From Eledone cirrhosa (taxonomy: Eukaryota): a DNA stretch of 64,000 nucleotides. A program made the translations under genes and the position numbers. The notes beneath the pieces are model-generated. The model searched no databases and was not told the origin of the DNA. It saw nothing but the letters and a program-made list of their open reading frames with translations. This document shows positions 13,571-28,535 of this stretch, piece after piece (within the stretch, counting starts at the first letter, position 1; each line of letters starts with the position of its first letter). The stretch lies in NCBI GenBank assembly GCA_964016885.1, contig OZ024745.1, forward strand, positions 71,982,001 to 72,046,000. Direction: 5' to 3'.

Positions 13571-15705
13571 TAAATGTTTTGTCGAATGTGCTACAGCTAT
13601 TCAAGAAACAAAACAGTCTAGCAGAAAAATTATCCATCTGTTATTTAATCTGGGAGTTGTGTTGCTTAAAAGAATTCTTGGAAGATAAATACCAAAAGAG
13701 TAGAAATTAAAGGGTTATTTTGTGTAACGTACAGTTAGTAGATATTCTCAGTTCCTCAAATGTAAGCATACATTGCTCTTCCTTGCCAAATATATTTAAA
13801 CCAATCTTATTAAATCCTTTTATCCACTTTTATCCACCACTACAAATGGATGAAGGATACAGTTTACAAGGGTGAATTGACCTAACCTAGATACTATAAA
13901 GCATTTATGTCGATTTACTACCAAGCTAATAACTATAACAATGATTTTAGTCGACATTGCATATGATCAAAAAAACGACAGGAAAACAGTATTGCTTCTT
14001 CTTTTGACATCCACCTGAAAGTAAATCTTGATGGAATTTTCATTCAGAACGTAATGGTAACTTAGTGTGTACAGAAAGTCTTTCAAGGCCATTTTTCCTT
14101 TGAAAGTAGTGGTTAGATTTGTAGGCTCCATGACAAGCGATATACTCATCTTGGGGGTATCTTTGAGGCAATGTTTTACGGCCGGATGCAATTCTTGGCG
14201 TCAACCATATTAGTCTAACGACACGCAAAGATAATGTACCTATTCTAAACAGGACACACTTAGTAAGATAGGACTATAATGTATATTGTAAGTTATTCAG
14301 TTAGGTATTTTACCGTTTCTCTGTAATCAGTGCTTTCGTGAATAGAATGAAATGTATTTGTATTAATGTCGTCAATAAAAATGCAGTTTTATTGCTGCCG
14401 TTATCTGTAAGAAGAATAGTAATAAATCATTGTTTTATTGTTGGTTGTGGTGACGTTAGCATAATAAAACATGTTATGATATGGACATGGAATCGTTCCC
14501 TTTGTAAGATATCGTTAAAAAGAAACAAGTAAACTGAGTATTAGTCGTGATAATATGATGACTTTCTCATGGTAAAATATCTTTAAAAATGTAGCAGAAT
14601 TTATGACCCAGATAAATGTATTAATCTACAATGAGTAAGTAGGTAACTATAAAATTTTAATTTCCAACAATGATAATGAGTTTTCCACAATATTTTCTAA
14701 GGGAAGAGGAATATTGTCGAGTAAAGAGAAAAATGACCAATCTTAACGAACATAACATGTATGACTTATGATGCATTCCAAAGGTTTCCAAATTATTTGT
14801 CGCGAAACTATGCTATATATGATTCATGTTTACGAATATTTGGCTGTCAAGTATATTTGTGATCTCGGCATACAATGAGACACGCGACTGATAATAGGTG
14901 ATATGATATCTTTTAGTTCATTTATTAATTTCGTTAATTTTGTGTCACTAACAAAACTTATTGTGTCACGAATAATGTAAACTTTAAAACGTGTGCCATC
15001 AATGTGAATATTTTGGAAAGCTTTGACATACTTATTCGTGAGGAAGGCTTTCCTTATACGTGTTACTTGTCTATGAAAAAGAAAAGAAGAGAAAAAAATC
15101 ATAACTCAGTCAAATCTTCAACATACTGATAAACTCTTTCTTGGATTTTTTTTAACAACTAAAGTTAGAAAAGAATTCTCCCATGCAAGTTCAAGGCAAT
15201 TCTCACATTGTAATCTCTTTTTTTTACAGTTTTTTCCCTATTTTCGTTGCAACAATGATAGATGCCCAATAAAAATAGCATTTCCTTTTTTATTTCTTGA
15301 AAATCTTGAAGTTATAATTTTTTCTTTATACGAGATACAATTCTTTTCATAATATATCTTTAAAAATAGAAACTGATATTTATACCAGACGAATTGTGAT
15401 TGTTTCACTTAAGATCATATAAAACAGTTTTTTCTTCTCAAAACATATTTTAGTTATATTTTAGTAATATTGGAGGCCTTTTAGAAGATACACAATATAC
15501 ATTGATTTCTTACTTAGGCATAGCACTACAAATTATTCGGAGGGGTATGTTCGATTAGATTGAGCACATAATGCTTGACGTATACTTATTTTATGTGATC
15601 CATAAAGATTGAAATCAAATTTGACTTCTGTGCAAAAGGATTTTTAGTATGCATTTTATACATGAATTAAAATTTTCAGTATTTATAACTGAAAAATCGA
15701 AAAGT

Positions 15706-15824
<119 letters not shown>

Positions 15825-16896
15825 TATGCACATACACAAAACATACATACATACACACACACGTGCACACACATACACACGCATATGTATATATTATATT
15901 TGTGCTAGTGTGTTTCTGTTGTTTACGTCTATACCTTAGCTATTTGGTTATGTCCTATAAGTTATGGCTTCACGATAACATTTGACTAAACAATAGTCAA
16001 TAACGCGACGTATAAACCCACTGAAATGAAAATAAATGGGTATCTAATGTATGCTGATACCCAGCTTTTCTCCGCCCAGTTGGGTTATACGACCTCTTAA
16101 TACACTATATTATTAAGGAGGTTAACTTTGCCTTTCATCCTTACGGGGTCGATAAAATAAAGTACCAGTAATGCACTGGGTAATTGCTGGCCTTGTGCCA
16201 AAAGTAGAAACAATTATTTAGGTCACAGGTTCTCAACCCACTTAAGCCAAACGTCCCCATTTGTCCCCCGAAATCACGAAACGCCCCTACCCTATTTTTC
16301 CATTTTTCAATATACTACTGATTTTGATATCAGTAGATTACTAAAAAATTGATTAACAATATTCCAAAGATACCATTGCAGGCAGCTGAGAGTATAAATA
16401 CATTCCTTGAAAGGAAATATATAAATTTCAAAAAAAGGAACATAAATGTTCTTTTTTATGAATAAGGACCAGTTGAATTTGTTTTATTCCCACCAGGCGA
16501 TACCAGCTATTTTGAACAGTTATACAAGAGCAACTCTGTGTATCCAAAGAGTGCTCTTATCTGGAAGAAAGTGGCAATTATATCATTATATCATTTCAAA
16601 TCTTTCCAATTAATACTTTAATGAAACGGACAGAATAAATGTTGATATCTAACTTGATGTCCTCTCTGCTTTGTGAGCTTAGAGACCACGGAAGAGGGTT
16701 TTCATGACCACACGGGAGGGTATGTTTATTAGTAAATGGTAAAATATATACAACAAATGAGTAAGTGAATTGTAGTAGATGGTTTCCAGTCCAGTCAGAC
16801 TGCAACTAGAAATAAAAAAAATTGTTAGTTTGCTTTGTAACAATAGCATTATCCAAGTTTTCGGATAAATCAACTTACTTTAACTTTGACCTCATT

Positions 16897-17945
16897 TCAA
16901 TGGGACCCTTGAACTTTAACTAACTCTTTGACGTCAGGCTGGATTTTCGTAAGATGTAGCCGGAGATCTCCTCGTGTAATTACATTGTAGCGGTTGCAAG
17001 CCTTACTGTGTAGTCTGGAAACAACACCAAACCTCCTCTCGACTAAGTATGAGCTTGGAAAAGGCAGAACAAATCTCTTAGCCTCTGCATGTAGGTGTGG
17101 AAATCGACGCTGAATTTCCTCTTGCGTCCAAAAAAGGGGTTCACCTATTTTGGGAAATCTAATTTTGATCATGTCATCTGCTTGAAGTTCAATCAATTCT
17201 TCCTGAAATATAACGTCCAAATCATCAACGTTAGCTATGAAGGGATCTACTACCCACATTGGGATGTCCATCGGCAAAAGGTCGACAAACCGTTCTCATG
17301 TTGTCTTGTAGCGCACGGAGGTGAGTGGTATAAATTTGGAGTTGGTTATCGCTTACAATGTTTTGAACATTGGCGACACTAGGAAAATTATAGAATTCCC
17401 GTCAACAAAGATTCCTTTCGATGACATTCTATTTGGCCAGGAATGTTTTCACAACATTCCTTGCTTTAAGCAAGGTGATCTTATTCCCCTGCAAAGCCAA
17501 AATTACGCTATTGTCGACGATGTCGGCGAGGTAGGCACAGTCTTGCCTCACATCGAGGGTTTTTTTGTACAGTTCTGTGTTGCATCCTCGAAGAAACTCA
17601 ATGATAGAGTCGAACAGTTCAAAGAAGTGAGTAAGGCACTTGCTCTTTGAAAGCCACCTTACTTCATTATGAAGGAGCAACTTGACGAATTCTTCGTCAT
17701 TATCTTGGCACAGCTGCCGGAAAATTCGTTCATTGAAGGAATGCCGTTTGATAAAATTGATGACATCAATGGCCACTTGCAAGGACTTTCTCAGCGGTTT
17801 GCTGAGTTTCTTCGCAGCCAAGTGTTGTCGATGAATGATACAATGAAGAACAAATACAGATAGATTTCCTCTCTTCAGAAGAATGACGAAACCCTTATGT
17901 TGGCCGACCATTGCTCTTGCGTCGTCCGTAGCACATGATACAATG
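16897..17945 (-). pseudogene. Buster-type hAT transposase remnant
   Basis: ATDDARAMVG, HCIIHRQHLAAK, LLLHNEVRWLS, PFPSSYLVER motifs; split into two ORFs (17429-17911, 16897-17277). Confidence 0.88.
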
Positions 17946-18320
17946 TGTGTTGTATTTGGTCCCAGCTGTATGTATTACCTGCTTGTGTGTTGTATGTGGT
18001 CCTAGATGTGTGTATTACCTCCTTATGTGTTGTATGTGGTCCTAGATGTATGTATTACCTGATTATGTGTTGTATGTGGTCCTAGATGTTTGTATTACCT
18101 GATTATGTGTTGTATCTGGTCGTAGATGTTTGTATTACCTACTTATGTGTTGTATGTGGTCCTAAATGTATGTATTACCTGCCTGTGTGTTGAATGTGGT
18201 CCTAGATGTGTGTGCTACCTCCTTATGTGTTGCATGTGGTCCTAGGTGTGTGTATTACCTGCTTATGTGTTGTATGTGGTCCTAGATGCATGTATTATCT
18301 GCTTATGTGTTGTATGTGTG
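17945..18320. repeat. 40-bp minisatellite, ~9 copies, inside the hAT element
   Basis: Unit TGTGTTGTATGTGGTCCTAGATGTATGTATTACCTGCTTA repeated head to tail. Confidence 0.95.
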
Positions 18321-18779
18321 TTTTTTTAATTTTTTTTAATTTTTAATATTATTTATACAATAGGGAATAAAATAGATCTACATAGTGTTAACTCGTTACC
18401 GTTGAATCAATAATTTCAGACATGAAATACATTATTATCGGTGAAGGAACGACAAGATTCTAACTGGCTGCGCTCAAAGTGTCCTTGACCTAGTTGACTG
18501 TGGGTTTTTCCATTGTTAGGACCTCAATTGCCGGTTAATGTCTAGACACTCCTGCACACATGCTCACAGACCATAGTTATGTTAACTGCATGCTCATTCA
18601 AATGCATTCACACTGGCTGTCTCAAAGACATACAAATAAGGCTTATAAAACTTACCAAAGTAAAGAGCCTTCCAGTGTCCGCCAAAGCTCCAAACGCCCC
18701 CTTGCTCCCAAACGCCCCCCGGGAATTCCAAAACGTGCTCCGGGGGTGCATATGCCCCCCGTTGAGAACCTTTGATTTA

Positions 18780-19145
18780 GGTGAATTGGCAGTATCAGTA
18801 GAAGGTCGGGTGCCATGCCTTGCAGCATAGAGTTACGCCCCTTTACAGTTTGAGTTCAAATCCCGCCGGGGTTAGCTTTGCCTTTCATCCTTACGGGGTC
18901 GATAAAATAAAGTACCAGTAATGCACTGGGATAATTGCTGGCCTTGTGCCAAAAGCAGAAACAATTATTTAGTCAAATTATGGCCCTTTACGTTCTGTGT
19001 TCAAATCCCGCCGAGGTTAGCTTTGCCTTTCATCTTTACGGGGTCGATAACATAAAACACCAGTAACGCACTGGGGGTCGATTTAATCGACTTTCCCGTC
19101 CCCTTCAAACTGGTGGCCTTGTGCCAAAAGTAGAAACAATCATTT
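18780..19145 (+). mobile_element. Two tandem tRNA-derived SINE copies
   Basis: GAGTTCAAATCCCGCCG.GGTTAGCTTTGCCTTTCATCCTTACGGGGTCGATAAAATAAAGTACCAG...GGCCTTGTGCCAAAAG twice. Confidence 0.85.
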
Positions 19146-19761
19146 AGTCAAATGTTACGACGAAGCTTTCTACTATTCCAATTTTCATAGTATTAACATT
19201 TATCGAGTTTAAAAGATAAAGAACGTTTTTCCCATCGTCTATGTAGTAAAGAAAGGAACCTGTGTTTCTACCTTCTTGTATCATTTGTATTTATGGATAT
19301 AGATGTGTGTACGAAAGAGTGTCCAATTTTGAATATCATAGATAAATATTGATTTCTAAAATCATTTCATGAGACCCGCCTTGTAGGAGGGAAGAGTATT
19401 TGTTTGAATGAGCTTCAGTAGACGTCAAACTATATTTTTATTGACTCTGGGGGAATGAGAGAAAAAAAAAGACGATGAAGTTACAACGGCTGAGAGAATG
19501 TTGAAAGTCGTTAAAACGTCTGATAGAATGCTTGGCGATATTTATTCCCGCTCTCTTCGCTTTCGCTTTGATTTCAACTTTGTCTTTCATAATATCGAGG
19601 TCGATAAATAAAGTATTAATCCAGAAAAGTATCGATACTATCTCTCCTTGGAAGAAATCGGGTGTGTCCAGTCATGGTGAGTGATGGGGCTCTGCAAAAT
19701 AAAATCATATCATATGTCACGACGGCATCCTTACAAATGGCTCAATCTATCATGGAAAGGG

Positions 19762-19809
<48 letters not shown>

Positions 19810-19966
19810 ATTGGTGCTCTGAAATAGCGATGTATACATGAATGTATGTATAGTATATTTGGTAATATACTGTATGTTTAATTTTAAAAAAATTTGAAGA
19901 CCTTGCGCTATTGTTTTAAAGTAGTGACTATGTCACTTACTTCTTTTTTCATCAAGGGAAGGGAGA

Positions 19967-20012
19967 TAAGCTGACAGATCTGTTTCACACTGTTAGTGTT
20001 CCTCAGAGCCTA
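19967..20012 (-). ncRNA. Canonical type I hammerhead in a single ~300-bp unit (19808-20112) homologous to the 319-bp array
   Basis: TAGGCT-CTGAGGA-ACAC-TAACA-GTGT-GAAA-CAGATCTG-TC-AGCTTA. Confidence 0.9.
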
Positions 20013-20386
20013 GCACTCGCCGACTTCTGCCTAAAATTATAGAGGCTGGATTCTTATAGAATACCAGTAATAATCAGGAACTGATTATACAGAGCGATTG
20101 CCGGTCCAGCAAACATTTTCGGCAGAGGTCGGCTTTTGCCCGAAACGTCTTTCCCCACCACCCCACTCTCAAGAGCGTGAACCTAATAAACTTTTATTTG
20201 TACTGCCTCTCTGTTTTTGTTCCTGTCCAAGTTTTCACAATATATATATATATACGTCAATACTCATCTTTTTCCATTTCTCCGAGGGTTCTTAACCCTA
20301 CTATCAGGCTATGTAATTTCTTTAGTCAAAATACGGCGATAGCTTATATTTCTAATTTCAAACTCGCTCCCTTTTTCGAAAATATT

Positions 20387-20424
<38 letters not shown>

Positions 20425-20427
<3 letters not shown>

Positions 20428-20642
20428 ATAATAATAAATTTGAAGACTAAAATCCAAAGAGGGCTCGATAAGGATAAATATATAACAAATATATAAGAAC
20501 CGTAGAGCAAATATTTATTAAAATAACAGATTAAAGTTTAAGCAAAGAATCGCTGTTTTCACCCTTAACGGGATCTTCTGAAACTCAGAAGATCCCGTTA
20601 AGGGTGAAAGCAGCGATTCTTTGCTTAAACTTTAATCTGTTA

Positions 20643-20650
<8 letters not shown>
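20425..20650. mobile_element. Fold-back cassette with CAGAAGA-core hammerhead-like motifs (family also at 7215-7285, 23468-23870, 24765-24860, 25143-25235)
   Basis: AGTTT-CAGAAGA-T-CCC-GTTAA-GGG-T-GAAA-(G/A)CA...TGC-TT-AAACT on minus strand 20535-20585, inverted partner from 20586. Confidence 0.65.
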
Positions 20651-20678
<28 letters not shown>

Positions 20679-22996
20679 TCCATGATAGATTGATAAAATA
20701 GAAATGGCTTCTGCAGAACTAGAATTGATTCATTCAAAAGAAATCATCAGAAATAGTTCTAGTCCTGTAGAAGCCATTTCTACATTAAACTTGATGTTTA
20801 AACTCTACTAATGTAATAAATATCTTACTAAGTGTGGTTACCCCCGATTGAACCCAGGACTCTCTCTTTCTCCCCCCCCTCTCTCTCTCTCACACACACA
20901 CACATATATATATATATTTGTATAAAACATTACCTCTATTGTGAATGTTATAGAAAAACGTTGATTTTTCACATTATTCATTGAAAATAGCAGGGAAAGG
21001 GAAATATAGTCTTTTCAGTGAACTTTACTACATGTCTATTATATTGCTATTGATTCTTGTTACATGAAAAGTCTAGTCAATCTCAGTAAGATATCAATTT
21101 TTAACGTTTTTGTTACCATATTTCTAATGACAGACACTGATTATGATTTTCAAATCACTTTTAATTTATTCAAGAATTCGGAACGATTTAGCAGTATGAT
21201 TAACTTTCTCATTATTAAGGAGCTGTTTGGAACATAACTAAAAAATAAGGGTTCATACATGAAATTATGTTGGAAGGCTTTTAGATAAATATAAACACTT
21301 TTAAAAGAAACTGTTTTTAATTGTAGAACCAGGGGCAGTTTCACACGGTTTGTTATTAGAAGGTTTGAAGAAGGGCGTTAAGAATTACTACAAGGAATTT
21401 AACCCAGCGCCGTGCTGTTTCTATCTTTCGTAATTATGAAAATAAAGTCTGTTGAAGTCGCAATAATTGAATGTGAATTTGCACAGCATTTGTCTCATTG
21501 CTTGGTGAGCAGTTGTGTCGAATATGTACAGGATGAAGTAATATTCATTGAATTATTTGTATTAAAACCTCTGGTTCATATCACTTTCCACGTTTAATTT
21601 CACTGTTAACCACCTTTGAATTTAACACTATGGAATGGTATTAATGTTAATCTGAATGACCAAAAAACAAACATGACAATTAAACACGTTATACTCGTAA
21701 TATTGAAAAAATAATCAAACGTGTACGATGTCTCGATGAGAGAGAGAGTCTGAATCATAAAGAAATGTATGCATTGTGACGTAGTTCCTAGCGGAGTCGT
21801 TGGATAGGCGTAGTGACAGACAATGTGTCATGGGCATTTAAAACCTGACAAAGGCAATTCCTCTCGAGGTCTAAACACAGCCGATTTCTTCCATAGAAGG
21901 AAAGAGAGAGAAAGGGCGATAGATAGGAAGTGAGAAAGAGATGATACTTTTCTCTTTATCGACCTCAAAAAAATGAAAGGCAAAGTTGACCTCGGAGTTA
22001 TTTGAATTGAAAGCTGGAACAAATACAGCTAAGTATTCTATCCAGCATCCTAACGATTCTGCCAAATCGCTGCCCCAAAACAAATGATAATGATTTTCCC
22101 TTAGTTAATAGAGATTATAGTTATATGCGTTAATAGATATTGTATTTAATTGAATGAAAGCATGTTGCCTGGTGGCCAGTGTTATGGGCAAACAACCACA
22201 TTCTCCGACCGAATGAGGCGATGTACTTCATCTCATGTTGTTTCGTTTCGCACCAAGAGTATGGCATCTCAGTATGGAGACTCATTGCATGCAGGGAATA
22301 ATGGATCACTATTTCTTACATGTGTCCAATCAATTATCCACTTGTTATAGATCTAATTGACCGGGGTTGATTATGAACTAAAACGACGAAATAGTTATTT
22401 GTGACAATGAGTCTAACTGAATCACTTAGATGTCATGAATAGTGAAATGTTATTAACACTACTAGTTCCTTCACCACGACATCGTATACGTATATGTATA
22501 GGTTCTTAAAGAAAATTATAGGAAATGGAACGGTCTGAAATCATAGCAACAGCGTTTTGTTTGCATAGGAGTTAGATTTGACCGCGCCTCTACATGTAAT
22601 TGCTGACTAGGACAACTGGCAACTCATATCCGGAGTAACAAAAAAATATTTCGAACACGAACCACATGTCCATAAAGTTTAGAAAAAAAAAAATCTGAAA
22701 TCTGACATAAAATAAAAACAAAACATTTTAACCATGTGTCGTATATGGAACTGTCAAAATGTAACAGATCAAGAGGAAAAGAAAATAAATAATGTTGTAT
22801 TACATAAAAGGAGTAAACAAGCCCAAAGATGGTTTTTCAGATTTGTTAGAAGCTCCTCAACCCATCCTACCGTTCCCGAGAATCAACTGGAATTATAAGG
22901 CAACTACACACACGTTCATAGTGTCATATATTTATCTCCCTATCTCTCTCAATACATACATACATACATACATACATACATACATACATACATACA

Positions 22997-23027
<31 letters not shown>

Positions 23028-23101
23028 GTATTCACTTGAGGTTCAGGGTTGAAGAGATGTTCAGAGCAGGTGATGTATCAAGGAAGAAACATCTGAAAAC
23101 G

Positions 23102-23219
<118 letters not shown>

Positions 23220-23254
23220 ATATAAGATCAAAAGATGGTTAAAAGAGTTCCAAG

Positions 23255-23325
23255 TATTTTATTATGCGCATTTCAAAAACAAATATCATCATGGGATGAT
23301 ATCTGCGTGCTCATCAGATAAAATA
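23255..23325 (-). ncRNA. Type I hammerhead motif (family also at 49379-49449, 60001-60071, 60177-60247)
   Basis: TATTTTAT-CTGATGA-long stem II-GAAA-TGCGCA-TA-ATAAAATA; 8-bp stem I, palindromic stem III. Confidence 0.8.
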
Positions 23326-23401
23326 TGGATATATGATATGAAGCTTAAAAAACACTTGTGAATAGTGAAGTTTTAAATCAACATATCATAAAACTAACCT
23401 C

Positions 23402-23468
<67 letters not shown>

Positions 23469-23577
23469 GTAATAATAATAAAATTGAAGACTAAAATCCA
23501 AAGAGGGCTCGATAAGGAAAATATATATAAAATATATAAGAACCGTAGAGCAAATATTTATTAAAATAACAGATTAA

Positions 23578-23628
23578 AGTTTAAGCAAAGAATCGCTGCT
23601 TTCACCCTTAACGGGATCTTCTGAAACT
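23578..23628 (-). ncRNA. Hammerhead-like motif with A4 (CAGAAGA) core
   Basis: AGTTT-CAGAAGA-T-CCC-GTTAA-GGG-T-GAAA-GCA-GCGATTCTT-TGC-TT-AAACT. Confidence 0.6.
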
Positions 23629-23862
23629 AACAAAGTCAATCTGTAAACGCAGAACTGGATATTTCAAAAAACGTTGCAACCGGAGGAAGACAGGAAGACG
23701 ATACTTTGGTTCGTGGTAACGTTCGCTTGCAAAGAACGGGAAAAAACGAATAATACGTCATTAATAGGAGCGGTGAAAAACAATTACGCGCAAAGACAAA
23801 ACCACGTTTATGGTAAGGGTGAAAGCAGCGATTCTTTGCTTAAACTTTAATCTGTTATTTTA

Positions 23863-23907
<45 letters not shown>

Positions 23908-23910
<3 letters not shown>

Positions 23911-24099
23911 CGAAGGAAATGTGGTAAGGAACCAGGTGGACCATAACGCATCAAAGTACTCAATACTTAGGGTAGTAGAGTGGGTAATAGGAACGTGTAG
24001 GACCCCAACGGCTGAGCTCAAGCCGTTTCGACGGCTAATTCTGAGTCCAGAATTAGCCGTGGAAACGGCTTGAGCTCAGCCGTCGGGGTCCTACTCGTT

Positions 24100-24105
<6 letters not shown>
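23908..24105. mobile_element. Fold-back cassette carrying the 3' half of a hammerhead (family also at 7085-7185, 28128-28315, 57238-57372)
   Basis: GAAACGGC-TTGAGCTCA-GCCGTC-GGGGTC duplicated in inverted orientation; shared GGAACCAGGTGGACCATAACGCA tail; between TA tracts. Confidence 0.7.
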
Positions 24106-24162
<57 letters not shown>

Positions 24163-24647
24163 ACATATGTAATGTGTATATGTGAGGTTGTTAGTTCGAT
24201 TCCCGTACCGGGTAATGCGTTGTGTCCTTGAGCATGATACTTTATTTCAGGCTGTTCAAATTTAATCAGCTGTAGAAATGAGTTGCAGCATCCGCAAGTG
24301 CCAAGCAATATCGCCCTTCGCCTTTCCCTTGGACAACATCTGTGGCGTGGAGATGGGGGACTGATATGAGTGGGAGATTGCTGGTCTCCCTTAAATAGCC
24401 TTGTGCCTTAAACGCCCGGAATTGTGCCTCAGGGAGGAATTTTATAGGTGCAGATTCCATGGTCTTTATTCTTTATATATATATATATACGAATGTCCGA
24501 AACATTAAGACTCTTTCCTGCCATTTTAAGCGTTAAACTAATATATTTCTTCAATTTAATGTCGTTTGCTCTGTTATTTCTGTTTACATTTTAAATACAC
24601 ACTCACACATACATCTATATATGTATTTATATATACATTTATATATG

Positions 24648-24738
<91 letters not shown>

Positions 24739-24856
24739 TGTGTATACGTGTATATATATATATTATACGAACAGTTTAAGTCAAGAATCGCTGCTTTCAC
24801 CCTTATATAATCCTTATCGAGCCGTCTTCGGATTTTAGTCTTCACATTTATTATTA

Positions 24857-24909
<53 letters not shown>

Positions 24910-24983
24910 AATTATACATACATATACATATATATTACATATATAATATTTATATATACAAATATAAATATAATATATATATG

Positions 24984-25057
<74 letters not shown>

Positions 25058-25063
25058 AATTTA

Positions 25064-25114
<51 letters not shown>

Positions 25115-25233
25115 AATTTATATATGTATATATATATATATATTGTAATAATAAATGTGAAGACTAAAATCCGAAGAGGGCTCGATAAGGATTATATAAG
25201 GGTGAAAGCAGCGATTCTTTACTTAAACTGTTC

Positions 25234-25306
<73 letters not shown>

Positions 25307-25876
25307 CGTTTCTGAATTTGTTTAGCAAGATTCTTTATCTGAAATCGTGTGGCACCATGACCCTCCCAAAGTATAACAATATATATATATATATGCATAT
25401 ACATATATATATATATGCATATACATACATACATATACATATATATAATCTCGTATTACTTGTTATATTCTACCTTGGCATCTCTCCCACGCCATTTCGT
25501 TCTTCCTTACTACTTCTTTTTCCTTTTTTCTTCCATATGCTTTTAAAAAAAAACATTTTATCTATCTTCTTTCTATTTTCGTATAACCCACCCTTCTCTT
25601 TAACTCCTCAACACATCAACTTGACTCCTCTTTCTATTATAATTTAGATTAGATTGATTAAGATGTTCAACGTTGTTTTTAAGGAATTGCAGTAAGTATA
25701 ACTAGGTGATATGGTTCTGGGCATTGTACGAACTCTTTAACCGACGGACCATCATAATGGTGCGTAAAGTAATTAGATAAATAAATTAAGTTGTCTAGAT
25801 AAACATTGATGGTATTTTAGTCGCCCTGTTTAATAATAGCTTCAGTCCAATATATATATATATGTGTGTGTGTTTG

Positions 25877-25911
<35 letters not shown>

Positions 25912-26132
25912 GTATATATATATGTATATATATATATATACATATATGTGTATATATATGTATGTATATATCTATATATCTATATATATATATGTATATA
26001 TATACATATATGTATATATATATATATATGTATAAATATATATGTGTATATATATATATGTATATATATGTATGTATATATATATGTATATATATGCATG
26101 TATGTATATATATGTATATATCTCTCTCTATA

Positions 26133-26228
<96 letters not shown>

Positions 26229-26347
26229 TATATATATATAATCAGTTACGAACGCCTACAATATCTATATATTACATCTTGGGGCTCTTTCAAAGTTTCC
26301 AAAACCAACATCATATTACGGATCTACATATACATACATATATATAA

Positions 26348-26378
<31 letters not shown>

Positions 26379-26399
26379 GTTTGGCGTGAGAATTAGAGT

Positions 26400-27144
26400 A
26401 GCTGTTCTCGGTGAGAACTCTCTGGAATGCCAATACAGAAACACTTAAAATAACAAGGAGGACAAGCGCCTCTCGACGTAACAGAGGCAAACCAAAGCTA
26501 CCACAAGTCAATGACCACTGCCATCAGACAAGCCATCCGTAGGGAGGGCTTGTATATACAGCTGGCACACTAGTGACCTTCATTCAAGGGTCTACTCTAC
26601 AGACATCGACCGGCGTACAACGATATGTACACACCTCGTAATCGTCCCATCAACAACGCAGACGGTCTCACGTAAACAATGTAGCTCCTTGTACATCGGA
26701 AATATGTTCCGGATGGTACATATACGGATCAAGGAGCCCATAGCAAAAAGAACGTCTGTCAAAAAGCAGCTTGTCAGATGCCGCAGCCGAAATACTGAGG
26801 TCACCATGGAGGTGATGGAATGGAACGTGAGAAATTTAAGGGTCAAAGAGACCATTTTCATCAACAAGAAAAAGCCATATATAAATAATACATTAGAAAT
26901 GCACGAAGCGGATTGACTACTATAACGGCTCCATGCATGATGCTTATTTTAGACACTTCTATCAGTTAGGGAAGAGCAAATCAATTGTTCGTTTTTGTTT
27001 TGAACCGTTTTCCTTTTACATTTGAAAAGTGGGGTTTTATCCCCGAAATGTTGAAATATATTGGCTAAAACATTACTTTATTTTGTTTTATTTGCTCTTT
27101 ATATATTTCTGCCGTATTGTACCGGTTTTCTGAAATTTATCAGT

Positions 27145-27150
<6 letters not shown>
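26400..27150 (+). pseudogene. PLE 3' fragment: degenerate GIY-YIG endonuclease plus 3' terminal repeat
   Basis: KQCSSLYIGNMFRMVHIRIKEP...RNLRVKETIFINKKKPYINN; followed by a degenerate hammerhead-like TTGAAAA..GGGG..CCCC-GAAATGTT (~27021-27055) and (TA)n. Confidence 0.7.
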
Positions 27151-27195
<45 letters not shown>

Positions 27196-27206
27196 GACTG
27201 ATAAAT

Positions 27207-27349
<143 letters not shown>

Positions 27350-27355
27350 AGACTG

Positions 27356-27425
<70 letters not shown>

Positions 27426-27916
27426 CAGTTACAACATACCCGCTTTGGCTAAGAACGAAAGACTTGCTGAAGAAGTAAATCCTATGTTCTGTCGTCAAAA
27501 ACCATTATATTGCAGACTCCTGCAATAAGAATTTGTCGATCTTGGATTTGCAGAAACTTAGCGCTGATGTTGGATGTCATATTGTGATCTATATTGTGGA
27601 TATACGATGTAAGTTATATATTTTACACTCAGCCTCACCGCTATGTCCGGGTCAGTATAACATCTTTTCCTGGGTCATGTATTGTTGTTGCTCTGGTAAT
27701 GCGGTTGGACTGCCGACTGCTATATCTGATCTGCTAAGCTGTCTGAACGTAATGTTATTACTCTGGGGTCTTACCTCATCCGAGTGCTAAAGCTACAGAC
27801 CGATTATGCATATACGCTAGCTTGGCCGTATACTAAAGCTTCGTCAATGCTGTACTAAAATTTATATATATATATATATATATATATTTGCTTCGTCTCC
27901 TAATTGTGTGTGAGTG

Positions 27917-27950
<34 letters not shown>

Positions 27951-28014
27951 TATATATATATATTATATATATATATACATACAAACATGCATACATACAG
28001 AGACACACACACAC

Positions 28015-28053
<39 letters not shown>

Positions 28054-28312
28054 CATATATATATACACATACATATATATATATACATATAGATACATAT
28101 ATATATATATACATACATATATATATATAACTAAGGAAGTGTGGTAAGGAACCAGGTGGACCATAACGCACCAGAGTACTCAATACTTAAGGTATTAGAG
28201 TGGGTAATAGGAAAATGTTCAAGACCCCGACAGCTGAGCTCAAGCCGTTTCGACGGTCCAGAAATAGCCGTCGAAACGGCTTGAGCTCTGCCGTGGGGGT
28301 CTTGAACATTTT

Positions 28313-28466
<154 letters not shown>

Positions 28467-28535
28467 CATTTATATATATATATATATATATATACATACA
28501 TTTATATATATATATATACATACATACATATATAC

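Larger units (their letters stand above)
16224..18774 (-). mobile_element. hAT DNA transposon, Buster/Charlie group, internally deleted
   Basis: TIRs CACAGGTTCTCAAC / GTTGAGAACCTTTG; perfect 8-bp TSD ATTTAGGT at 16216-16223 and 18775-18782 (nnnTAnnn); inserted between SINE copies. Confidence 0.93.

Noticed and set aside
13967-14240. Possible host exon on the minus strand
   Set aside because: Short frames with no recognisable domain and weak splice signals; cannot be supported without a homology search
17945-18320. Regular 40-bp repeat resembling a CRISPR array
   Set aside because: Head-to-tail with no unique spacers, eukaryotic context, no cas genes
27015-27060. Second possible U3-A8 hammerhead (TTGAAAA...GGGG/CCCC-GAAATGTT)
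   Set aside because: Two extra nucleotides before stem II, poor stem I, old degenerate element; recorded only as a decayed motif
27440-27500. CTGAAGA and GAAA close together
   Set aside because: No stems could be formed in any hammerhead topology
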